DNA of 64,000 nt from Candidatus Falkowbacteria bacterium RIFOXYD12_FULL_34_57 (GCA_001780285.1 MFGN01000001.1:22-64021); one strand, 5' to 3'. Counted from the stretch's first letter, positions 17,041 through 25,302 are shown. Notes: generated from the letters alone by a model not told the origin. Program-made: numbers and translations.

Positions 17041-17916
17041 CTATTTATTTATCAATAAATCAAAATCATTATTAGTAATTCCAACACCCAAATCTTGCAT
17101 TATTCCAAAGGCATCATGGGGACGATTCAAAAAATAACGCTCTCCGTTTTCCGGATTTATGTACCAAGCTTCGCCATTTTCCTCTACCTGCAAAAATATC
17201 TTACCCAGATGAATATCAATAAAATCATCTTCAATTAAGATATTATCATTATTTTTACCATTTTCTCTAAATTTTGTCAAATTATTATTAGAAATACCTA
17301 TTCCCTGAGAACGCATCACGGAAAAAGCTTCGTTGGGCGAACCCAAAGAAAACATCTTGTTTAAAATAGGGTGGATGTAATAAGCTCTGCCCAAATCCTC
17401 TGGTTTGACAATAATCCTGCCACGCAACTTATTTAAAATTGGTGATGTATAAACTTTTATATAACTTGTTTGAGTAACATCAATTTTTATAATCGACCTA
17501 ACGCCAATATTCACATTCATGGCCACACCATCTTGTTGAATCTTATCACCCGAAGATATCACAAATAAAACACTTCCCTGATAACTACCAATATCAGCAT
17601 TTTCCGGTACTAAAACTTTCAATTTAATATTATGCAGCTCCTCTCCTTTTAAAAATTTAAGGCTTGAGTCGGAATCAAACTTTATCCAGTCATAAATATC
17701 GGATTCATCAACTGTCGCCTTAATATTATATGGCACATCAACGCACCACCTGATTAATTTTATATCACATAACAAATTATCTCCGGTCGTTACATCTGAA
17801 AAATTAATAATAGGCGGAACAATTTTGATTCCAAAATCATTACAATCCGCCAAGACTGGTTTTCGGCTTAAGCTGAATAAAAAAATTAACAATAAAATAA
17901 CAAATTTAAATTTCAT
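17041..17916 (-). CDS. secreted protein with an N-terminal Ig-like region and two copies of a roughly 50-aa GEAWY-NP...DAF..M repeat
   Basis: Signal peptide MKFKFVILLLIFLFSL (start moved to 17916). The repeats at residues 190-241 and 262-314 are homologous to the two repeats in the 62348 ORF. Confidence 0.7.
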   Translation of the reverse strand: MKFKFVILLLIFLFSLSRKPVLADCNDFGIKIVPPIINFSDVTTGDNLLCDIKLIRWCVDVPYNIKATVDESDIYDWIKFDSDSSLKFLKGEELHNIKLKVLVPENADIGSYQGSVLFVISSGDKIQQDGVAMNVNIGVRSIIKIDVTQTSYIKVYTSPILNKLRGRIIVKPEDLGRAYYIHPILNKMFSLGSPNEAFSVMRSQGIGISNNNLTKFRENGKNNDNILIEDDFIDIHLGKIFLQVEENGEAWYINPENGERYFLNRPHDAFGIMQDLGVGITNNDFDLLINK

Positions 17917-18511
17917 AAAAATAAGCTTTTTTTTCTTTTTTGAATTTCTTACCGCTTCTTTGGAACAATTTTTGATTTTTAGATAAAAAATCAAATCTTC
18001 CTTTTCGGTCTTCCAGATTTATTTCTTTTTTAATTTTAAGCACCGGCATATTGAATCCGGTGCTTATTACTAATGCGCCGGGCTTGCACTCAAATTTAAA
18101 TTTACTGTCTACCTGCCTTATTCCATCTGGATCTAAATGGCTATATATCAAATCTGCTTCTTTCACATTTACTCGATGTATTTTTTGATAGGTTACCTTT
18201 ATTCTTGTTCTTCTTATTAATCCTTGAATTTTAGAAATAATATATGGAAAAACGTTGTTTTCAACTGCTATAAGCTCTGCATCCGGATACCTTTTTTCCA
18301 AAGCATGAAAAAATCCGGATCGTCCGGTGCTAAAAGCTATAAATTTTGGATTTTTTTTATTAATTTTTATTTCACCCAAAAGCTGTTCTACCACCCATGG
18401 ACGCGACGGCAAAAAAGGAGCAAAGCCTCTAAGTAATAAATCGAAAATGATAATAGTAATAAAATAAACAACAGGCGCTATTACTATGCCATAAATAATA
18501 AAATCTTGCAT
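17906..18511 (-). CDS. hypothetical membrane-anchored protein, possibly class I methyltransferase-like
   Basis: N-terminal TM segment. The stretch FIAFSTGRSGFFHALEKRYPDAELIAVENN weakly resembles a SAM-MTase motif I/II arrangement. Confidence 0.45.
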   Translation of the reverse strand: MQDFIIYGIVIAPVVYFITIIIFDLLLRGFAPFLPSRPWVVEQLLGEIKINKKNPKFIAFSTGRSGFFHALEKRYPDAELIAVENNVFPYIISKIQGLIRRTRIKVTYQKIHRVNVKEADLIYSHLDPDGIRQVDSKFKFECKPGALVISTGFNMPVLKIKKEINLEDRKGRFDFLSKNQKLFQRSGKKFKKEKKAYFYEI

Positions 18512-18575
18512 AAAAAATATTAATAAATAATTATACCTATATTTTACATTAAATAAACATTTTTTCCAATTAAAA

Positions 18576-18604
18576 TTTTCAAATTCATTTAAATGTGGTA
18601 TAAT
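18576..18604 (+). promoter_or_regulatory. promoter TTTTCA-N17-TGgTATAAT (extended -10)
   Basis: Read directly from the sequence, about 30 nt upstream of ATG 18634. Confidence 0.55.
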
Positions 18605-18633
18605 AAATATGTACTAAAATTACGAAAAATTAT

Positions 18634-18930
18634 ATGAATCAAGAAAATAATAAAGCATTACCACACCAAAAACACGATGTTAGGCCGGAAGAAATCATAG
18701 AACACACCCAAGAACCACCAAGTGCCATGCACTGCGATATCCATACCACGGCTGAAAAAATAACCGATAAAAAGAATTATGACTCGCTTAATCTTACTCC
18801 GAAACTAGAAACAGAATTTCGCACGGCACAAATTAAACAAGAAAAACTCATAAAATGCCAATCATACAAACAAGCAGAAGAACCTGTTAAAAAGAAGGAA
18901 TCATTTTTTGCTAAAATATTCAAAAAATAA
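18634..18930 (+). CDS. hypothetical small protein (98 aa)
   Basis: Has its own promoter. The protein is hydrophilic with no motif. Confidence 0.45.
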   Translation: MNQENNKALPHQKHDVRPEEIIEHTQEPPSAMHCDIHTTAEKITDKKNYDSLNLTPKLETEFRTAQIKQEKLIKCQSYKQAEEPVKKKESFFAKIFKK

Positions 18931-19019
18931 ACCCCAGCCATTCCCGCACCGCGGAGCAAACTTTTTCAACTAATAATAAATTAAATAAATAATCCGCCCA
19001 GGGCGGACGATTCAACTTT

Positions 19020-19259
19020 ATGTCAAAAGCAGAAGAAAAGAAATCAACTACAAAAAAATGTTGTTGCTGCGCAGATAGCGCAAAAAAGGTATGCAATGAC
19101 ATTCACAAACTTGGAGACAATCTAATCTCCATGGTTAAAACCGCAAAAACAAAATACGAAAAAGCTGATAATAAAACCAAAAAGGCAGTAATAGCCGGAA
19201 TAGCCGGAGCCGCTGCCCTAATCGCGGGAGCAATTGCCCACAAAAAAAATAAAAAATAA
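19020..19259 (+). CDS. hypothetical tail-anchored small protein with a CCCC cluster
   Basis: KKCCCCADSAKKVC and a C-terminal TM segment AVIAGIAGAAALIAGAIA. A terminator (imperfect palindrome TTCGGAAAT/ATTTCCGGA followed by TTTTTT) lies at about 19289-19315. Confidence 0.5.
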   Translation: MSKAEEKKSTTKKCCCCADSAKKVCNDIHKLGDNLISMVKTAKTKYEKADNKTKKAVIAGIAGAAALIAGAIAHKKNKK

Positions 19260-19315
19260 AAATCATTAAAACATTTAATAATTAAAGAATTCGGAAATAT
19301 TTCCGGATTTTTTAA

Positions 19316-19344
19316 TTGACAATAAGGTATATAAAATATAAAAT
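19316..19344 (+). promoter_or_regulatory. promoter TTGACA-N17-TAAAAT
   Basis: Read directly from the sequence, upstream of the first zinc-ribbon ORF. Confidence 0.6.
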
Positions 19345-19380
19345 TATATTATAATCAAACCTTAACAAAGGAAAAAAATC

Positions 19381-19641
19381 ATGTCTTATGTTCTAGATGC
19401 CTGCCCTAATTGCAAAAAAGAAACAATGTATCACCCCAATCCTTTTTATCTTCATATTTGCGAGCACTGTAAATATGAATGTACTTTAAAAGACCTAATC
19501 ACAGCTGTAGATAAAGATAAAATAGAAAAAGAAATTCAAAAATTAAAACGATTATTAGAAAATTATCCACATATCCAAAACGGAAAATTAATAGAAAAAT
19601 TTTCGATAACTGAAATCTCTTTAACGGATAAAATAACATAA
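19381..19641 (+). CDS. small zinc-ribbon protein, paralog A
   Basis: CPNC...CEHC Cys4 ribbon followed by a coiled coil. It shares CP.CK, HIC..C, L.DLI.A.D, KEI and GKLIEK with the next ORF. Confidence 0.6.
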   Translation: MSYVLDACPNCKKETMYHPNPFYLHICEHCKYECTLKDLITAVDKDKIEKEIQKLKRLLENYPHIQNGKLIEKFSITEISLTDKIT

Positions 19642-19666
19642 TGTTAATATCTGAAAAAAATAAAAG

Positions 19667-19694
19667 ACCACTCCTAAAAGGTGGTTATTTTTTT
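19667..19694 (+). terminator. intrinsic terminator
   Basis: ACCAC-N9-GTGGT followed by a T-run. Confidence 0.55.
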
Positions 19695-19826
19695 GACTAA
19701 AATAAATATTTGTGATTAAATAATAAATTATGAACCTTAACAAAAAAGGTAAAAAATGAAAACTAAAAAACCTAAACACATGGTAAACACATGGCAGTAA
19801 GACCAATTACAAACAAGGGGGAAATA

Positions 19827-20132
19827 ATGTCTCAGCTTGTAGATGTATGCCCAAAATGCAAATATGAAATAAGTGTTTGTGGAAATATGCATATCTGCGA
19901 CTTTTGCGGCCATTATTGCGGATTAAGAGATTTGATTATTGCCATAGATAGATATATGGTAAAAAAAGAAATTAAAATGTTAAACGCGAAACTCTCATGC
20001 TCTCAAAAACCAAACCCAGAAGAAAAAGAAAAAATAAAAAATAAGATAAAAAATTTAAAAAAAATGTTTAAAGAGTTGGGGCATACCAGATATGGCAAGT
20101 TAATAGAGAAAAACTCCACCGATGTGTCATAA
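19827..20132 (+). CDS. small zinc-ribbon protein, paralog B
   Basis: CPKC...CDFC ribbon. The SD AAGGGGGA sits before ATG 19827, so the track start at 19791 is rejected. Confidence 0.6.
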   Translation: MSQLVDVCPKCKYEISVCGNMHICDFCGHYCGLRDLIIAIDRYMVKKEIKMLNAKLSCSQKPNPEEKEKIKNKIKNLKKMFKELGHTRYGKLIEKNSTDVS

Positions 20133-20135
20133 TAA

Positions 20136-20167
20136 GAAAAAGCAGAGATCAATTTCTCTGCTTTTTA
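20136..20167. terminator. bidirectional intrinsic terminator
   Basis: AGCAGAGA-TCAATT-TCTCTGCT flanked by A5 and T5. Confidence 0.75.
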
Positions 20168-20202
20168 AATTATAGATTATTTAAATTTATTTCTTTTTTG
20201 CT

Positions 20203-21168
20203 CTAAGCATTGTTTCTTGTAACTTTTTCCCAAATAACAAGTATTGGGCTAGCTAAAAATATTGAAGAATAAGTACCAATAAATATACCAATTGATAAGG
20301 CTAGCACAAAATCTTTAATTGAATCGCCTCCGAAGAAAAAAATTGCCAATAAAACCAAAATGGTAGTAAAAGATGTATTAATCGAACGGGTAATAGTGTC
20401 ATTAACACTGGTGTTGATTGTTTCCTCAAAGTTATCGTCGCTCTTAGGTAAATTTTCTCGCACCCTATCAAACACCACAATAGTATCATTTACCGAATAC
20501 CCAAGTACGGTAAGAATAGCGGCTACAAAAGGAGCATTAACTTCTATTCCATAAAATCTTCCTAAAACAGCAAAGGCCCCAACAACAATAATCACATCGT
20601 GAAACAGGGCAATAATAGCCGAAATCCCATATTTCCATGAAGCAACCGGCCTAGAAACCTTTCTAAAAGCCCAAGCAATATACAACACAATAACAATCAA
20701 AACTATCACAATCGCTGTTATTGACTTTCTTCTTAATTCTTGTCCAATGGTTGGTCCGACAGCATCATAACGAAGCTCTTCTACATTAGAAGCATCGATT
20801 TCTTTGGTATTCAAGAAGGCCTTCTGATCTGCCTCGCCTTCTGTATCTACTAATCCTCTATCTACTAATCCTCGTAATCTTTTTAATACTTCCTGGTGCT
20901 TATCTTCACTGATATTTTGAAAGCGTAAAATAGTTCCCTGATCACCGACATTTTGTGTAATCAAACTTCCCAAATCAAGATCTTCTACTGCTTTTTGCAC
21001 ATCATTAATGGCTGGTCGTTCATTTTTAAACCGAACCTCCAAAAGACTTCCTCCGGTAAAATCAATACCAAATTTAAGCCCCCATATAAACAAGGCTATT
21101 ATTGAAAGTGCCACTAAAATTGTTGATATCGTAATCCATATCCCTCTTTTTTGTATTATTTGATACAT
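20203..21168 (-). CDS. secF: protein translocase subunit SecF
   Basis: Motifs GIDFTGGSL and VGPTIGQELR, six TM segments, and YSVNDTIVVFDRVREN. Confidence 0.92.
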   Translation of the reverse strand: MYQIIQKRGIWITISTILVALSIIALFIWGLKFGIDFTGGSLLEVRFKNERPAINDVQKAVEDLDLGSLITQNVGDQGTILRFQNISEDKHQEVLKRLRGLVDRGLVDTEGEADQKAFLNTKEIDASNVEELRYDAVGPTIGQELRRKSITAIVIVLIVIVLYIAWAFRKVSRPVASWKYGISAIIALFHDVIIVVGAFAVLGRFYGIEVNAPFVAAILTVLGYSVNDTIVVFDRVRENLPKSDDNFEETINTSVNDTITRSINTSFTTILVLLAIFFFGGDSIKDFVLALSIGIFIGTYSSIFLASPILVIWEKVTRNNA

Positions 21169-21185
21169 AGTATTTTAAACTAAGA

Positions 21186-21209
21186 GCTAAAAGCTAAAAG
21201 CTAAAAGCT
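21186..21209. repeat. tandem heptamer (GCTAAAA)x3 + GCT in the secF leader
   Basis: Three perfect units lie 18 nt upstream of the secF ATG. The same unit recurs at 61841-61873. Confidence 0.9.
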
Positions 21210-21234
21210 GCTGAAATCGCTTGCGCGACATTTA

Positions 21235-22014
21235 TTATTTAATTATTTTTAAAATCTTTTTAGATAAACTCAAACTGGTTGTGGCGATAAATTTGTTTTC
21301 ATCTACCTTTATTTTTTTTGAACCATCAAAACCAATAATTGATCCGCCAGCTTCTGTAATTATTAATTTACCGATAATTGCTTCATGCTTATCATCATCA
21401 TTATTTAAAACACACTCAATTTTACCAGAAGCCAGCAGGCAGTAATCAAGAGTCGGACACCAATTATCCAATATTCTAGATACATTGTTGTCGTATAATT
21501 TTTTTCCAAATTTTTTTCTGGTCTCGGTCATGGTGCTATATCCGGCCACAAGTGCCACAACTGAAGAATCTATATATTTCTTTTTATTAACAATTATTTT
21601 TTTATAATTTCTATAAGCGCCATTCCCGCGCTTAGCATAATATGTTTCATTTAATATTGGGTTATAAACACATGAAAAAATTTCTTCATTATTTTCCATA
21701 AGTCCGATAGCAACCGCAAAATAAGGAATACCAAGTGCAAAACTATTAGTGCCATCCAGAGGATCAATTACAAAAGTATAATTTGAACCATTTTTAAAAC
21801 TTCCTGATTCCTCTGCTAGAATATTATACTTGGGAAAATTTTTATTTAAAATATTTAAAATCTTCTTCTCCGCGTTTATATCTACTTTTGTACAAAAATC
21901 ACCGCTAGTAGTCTTTCTGTGTGTCTTCAGGGCTTTTCCAAAACCATCTCTCGCAATTTTCCCAGCTTCGTGCGCCGCATAAATTATACATTTTTCTCTG
22001 TCGGTCAATAACAT
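21235..22014 (-). CDS. inositol monophosphatase-family phosphatase, paralog 2 (between secD and secF)
   Basis: Motifs FVIDPLDGTNSF and LAEESG. Start moved to MLLTDRE at 22014 because the upstream codons fall inside a hairpin (TGTCTG-TTTGG-CAGACA) just after the secD stop. Confidence 0.85.
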   Translation of the reverse strand: MLLTDREKCIIYAAHEAGKIARDGFGKALKTHRKTTSGDFCTKVDINAEKKILNILNKNFPKYNILAEESGSFKNGSNYTFVIDPLDGTNSFALGIPYFAVAIGLMENNEEIFSCVYNPILNETYYAKRGNGAYRNYKKIIVNKKKYIDSSVVALVAGYSTMTETRKKFGKKLYDNNVSRILDNWCPTLDYCLLASGKIECVLNNDDDKHEAIIGKLIITEAGGSIIGFDGSKKIKVDENKFIATTSLSLSKKILKIIK

Positions 22015-22052
22015 ATTTAAATATATATCTGTCTGCCAAACAGACAAACAAA

Positions 22053-24128
22053 TTATGAATTACGAGACTTCACTCCTATTAACCATTTTTTGTTTTCCAT
22101 CCAGCTGCCGCTCAAAATCTGTAAAAATGTCTTTGTTACTATAATTGCCGAAAACATAGAAATACAAACCCCCAAAAACAAAGTAATCGCAAAACCCTTC
22201 ACTATACTAGTAGAAAACCAAATCAAGATAATACAGGTCAGAAGCGTGGAAACATTTCCATCACGGATTGATGGCCATGCCCGATCAAAAGAATCATTAA
22301 TAGCAAGACTTAATGGCTTGCCGTTCTTAAGCTCTTCTTTCAGTCTTTCAAATATCAAAACATTAGCATCAACCGCCATTCCAATTGAAAGAATAAATCC
22401 GGCAAGTCCGGCAAGTGTAAGCGTTACAGAGAATATTTTAAATATTGCGAGCACTAAAATACCATAAATAGTAAGAGATATTACCGCTATTACCCCAGGA
22501 AGGCGATAAAACAAAACCATAAATAAGGCTACAAGCAGAAGACCCAACAACCCCGCCTTGAGAGATTCGGCCATTGAAGCTTTTCCCAAAGTAGCACCGA
22601 CAGTCTGTTGATTTATAAGTTCAATTGGTACCGGAAGCGCCCCAGCATTCAATCTTTGTGCTAACAGTTTTGCCTCTTTAATGTTAAAACTGCCGGAAAT
22701 TACAGCTCGGCCCCCAGTTATTTTACTGTTTACCGTCGGTATGCTGATTGGATAATTGTCTAAAAATATTGCTACCGGCTTGCCCACATTTCTCTCTGTA
22801 ATTTCTGCAAACATATCTGCTCCCTCTGAATCAAACTCCAAACCAACTTCCGGATTATTGGTGTTTGGATCAAATTGAACCAAGGCACGATCCAGATTCT
22901 TTCCTGTAAGCTCTGTATTCTCCCAATCTTTTTCATCGCCAATAATATCCTTTTCAGTTATTGTCCTAAGGAAAATATGACTAATATTGTATTCTTCTAT
23001 ATCTCTTTCTTCTTGTTTATATATCAAATGATATCCAAATTCGGTTTCTACTATATCAGAAATTGTTCCGTTTCCTTGATTAAAAACAGCATCAGAAAAG
23101 GGCTTTACCATAGAAGCTCTATCAAACCAACCCAAATCTCCCCCACTTGGTCCGCTTGGACCGGTAGAATTTTCCCGAGCCAACTTGGCAAAATTTTGCG
23201 GGTTTGCCTCTGTTTTGAGTTTATTAACCTTTTCCATGGCCTCTTCTTGCGTTAAACCGCTCTCACACGAATCAATTCCTTCATAACAAATTAAAATATG
23301 TGCTGCTTTTATTTCTTTTTCCGTTTCTGCTTCATTGAAGGGGTTGGTTTTCTTTCTTTTTTCGTTAAGCTTGATAATCTCATAACCATTTGATGCTGGT
23401 ACTATATTGTGGGTATATTCACCAGGATTTAAACCCTCTATTTCCTTGATAATATCTGCGTGCTCTTTTTTTGTAATCCATCCAAAATTTCCGCCATTTT
23501 CTTTAGTATTTGTATCATCACTATATTCTTTTGCTAATTCAGCAAAATCGCCACCGGATGATAATTTTTCCAAAATTTCTGCACCCTTTTCATTGGCTTG
23601 TTTGTTTATTTCATTCATCTGCTGTCTTTCCTCTTCTGTTAGTTCGCGCAGTTGTTCTATTTGTTCCTTAAACTCAAGCAATGGAGTCTCTCCAATCATT
23701 TTAATCGCTTCATTCACATCTTTGATTCCGGCAAGTTCGGCAATTACTCGGTACTCTTCTCCGGAAACATTGGTTTGAATATTCGGCTCACTAACTCCAA
23801 ATACATTTACTCTTCGTTCTATTACATCGCGTACCCCCTCCAGGGCGCTGACCTTATCCTTGTCGGCAATATTTGACATATCAGCCTTATAAACCAGGTG
23901 GCTTCCACCCTGTAAATCAAGCCCCAATCTAAAAGGAACTTCTTTTACTTTTGGTAAATTAATAGAGTATCCTGTTTTATTCGCTACCCAAGTCGTTCCT
24001 CGGTTATAATAATCCCCGGCATCAATCAAGCCCCCTATAACTATCAAGATAATTATGAGTAAAAAAATACGCCAAATCTTTCCCCTCTCACTTGGCTGAA
24101 ACAATTTTTGCACTATATTTTCGGACAT
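22053..24128 (-). CDS. secD: protein translocase subunit SecD with two parvulin-like (PpiC) modules inserted in the periplasmic domain
   Basis: SecD motifs GLDLQGGSHLVY, GETPLLEFK, AIFLDNYPISIPTV and a C-terminal 6-TM bundle. The insertion at residues about 155-400 includes AAHILI, GGDLGWF and FGYHLIY. Confidence 0.9.
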   Translation of the reverse strand: MSENIVQKLFQPSERGKIWRIFLLIIILIVIGGLIDAGDYYNRGTTWVANKTGYSINLPKVKEVPFRLGLDLQGGSHLVYKADMSNIADKDKVSALEGVRDVIERRVNVFGVSEPNIQTNVSGEEYRVIAELAGIKDVNEAIKMIGETPLLEFKEQIEQLRELTEEERQQMNEINKQANEKGAEILEKLSSGGDFAELAKEYSDDTNTKENGGNFGWITKKEHADIIKEIEGLNPGEYTHNIVPASNGYEIIKLNEKRKKTNPFNEAETEKEIKAAHILICYEGIDSCESGLTQEEAMEKVNKLKTEANPQNFAKLARENSTGPSGPSGGDLGWFDRASMVKPFSDAVFNQGNGTISDIVETEFGYHLIYKQEERDIEEYNISHIFLRTITEKDIIGDEKDWENTELTGKNLDRALVQFDPNTNNPEVGLEFDSEGADMFAEITERNVGKPVAIFLDNYPISIPTVNSKITGGRAVISGSFNIKEAKLLAQRLNAGALPVPIELINQQTVGATLGKASMAESLKAGLLGLLLVALFMVLFYRLPGVIAVISLTIYGILVLAIFKIFSVTLTLAGLAGFILSIGMAVDANVLIFERLKEELKNGKPLSLAINDSFDRAWPSIRDGNVSTLLTCIILIWFSTSIVKGFAITLFLGVCISMFSAIIVTKTFLQILSGSWMENKKWLIGVKSRNS

Positions 24129-24350
24129 AATAATTTTAACTCAAAATGCAAAATTTTCCACCTGAAGCGGATCAGCCAAAATAATAAATTAATTATTGCC
24201 GGCTGAAAAACCAAAAATTGCAGATTGAATATATTTATATTATAAGTTTTAATTAAAAATAAACAACCTTAAAAAAGGCAGTTATTATAATATATAATAA
24301 ACCATAATAAAATAAAAATCAATTGACAAAACACGAAATATATATCATTT

Positions 24351-24380
24351 AAAAAACCCGTCTTTTAACGGGTTTTTTGT
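24351..24380. terminator. bidirectional intrinsic terminator
   Basis: AACCCGT-CTTTTA-ACGGGTT flanked by A- and T-runs. Confidence 0.75.
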
Positions 24381-24387
24381 TTAAAAC

Positions 24388-24996
24388 TTATAGGGCGCCA
24401 TCTATTACGCTGCCGCCAATTTGTCCACCCAAATCCTGAATAAAACCAAGCGGTTTTTTGTCTCTACGCAATATTGCCGGTCCTAATTTATCTTCGGGCT
24501 TATCTTTGTAAATAATCAAGTTATCCTTTACGATAAACATGCCGGATACCGACCAATCCCTGGTCTTGTTTACCCTTTTAAATCCTAGCCAGTCTTTCCA
24601 AAAAGCTCCGGTACCCTCGGCAATTCTTTCTTGTTCTATGCCTCTTTTTTCAAAAAATATGGTGCGAACTCCACTTGGTGCATTCTTACATTCTTCAAAA
24701 AACTCAGTTCTTACCAAAGGAACTCCATCGGGGCAAATACTCTTCATGGTAGTTATATGTCCAAACCTTTTTATGGTGATATTTTGGATATTAAATCCGA
24801 TTCTTTCTAATTCCTGGACGGTTGTAACACCAGGCTGTACCAAATCATATGCCCTTAACACTTCTTCAAAAGTATTCCACTGAGCTGACATCAGTGTTTC
24901 TTCTGAAGATGGTAAAAGATGCTTGCCACTGCAGCTTACAAGCACTGAAGAGCAAATAAATACAAAAATCATTAAAATCCAAATTCGTTTTTTCAT
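24388..24996 (-). CDS. hypothetical lipoprotein
   Basis: Signal peptide with the lipobox-like LVSCSG and an AAGGAG SD. No assignable domain. Confidence 0.6.
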   Translation of the reverse strand: MKKRIWILMIFVFICSSVLVSCSGKHLLPSSEETLMSAQWNTFEEVLRAYDLVQPGVTTVQELERIGFNIQNITIKRFGHITTMKSICPDGVPLVRTEFFEECKNAPSGVRTIFFEKRGIEQERIAEGTGAFWKDWLGFKRVNKTRDWSVSGMFIVKDNLIIYKDKPEDKLGPAILRRDKKPLGFIQDLGGQIGGSVIDGAL

Positions 24997-25199
24997 AACC
25001 ACTACTCCTTTTTCTTACATTCCTAAGTTTTTTTATTTATATTTTTTTAATTCTAAAATTCAATAAAAATCGAAAGATAATCCGTTAAAATATAAATAAA
25101 GGTTAATAAAAAATTTTAAAACTTTAAAGTACAAATCTATATTTATATACTTCTTAACACATATTTTCAAAGAAGTCAATAACCAAGTAACCGCTTAAA

Positions 25200-25228
25200 T
25201 TGACAAACAAAAACCAAAATGATAAGAT
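25200..25228 (+). promoter_or_regulatory. promoter TTGACA-N17-TGaTAAGAT (extended -10)
   Basis: Read directly from the sequence. A roughly 70-nt leader with hairpin CTCTTA-AAA-TAAGAG and a strong AAGGAGGT SD follows. Confidence 0.6.
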
Positions 25229-25302
25229 TTTTTCAACGCTAACGGCAATCGGGCTGTGGGCGCAAATTCTCTTAAAATAAGAGATTTATAAGGAGGTAGG
25301 CG

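Noticed and set aside
19634-19646. TAACAT-A-ATGTTA palindrome at the stop codon of the first zinc-ribbon gene as a third operator site.
   Set aside because: The arms are shorter (6 bp) and the spacing is different (1 nt). Its position at a gene's 3' end does not fit a promoter operator.
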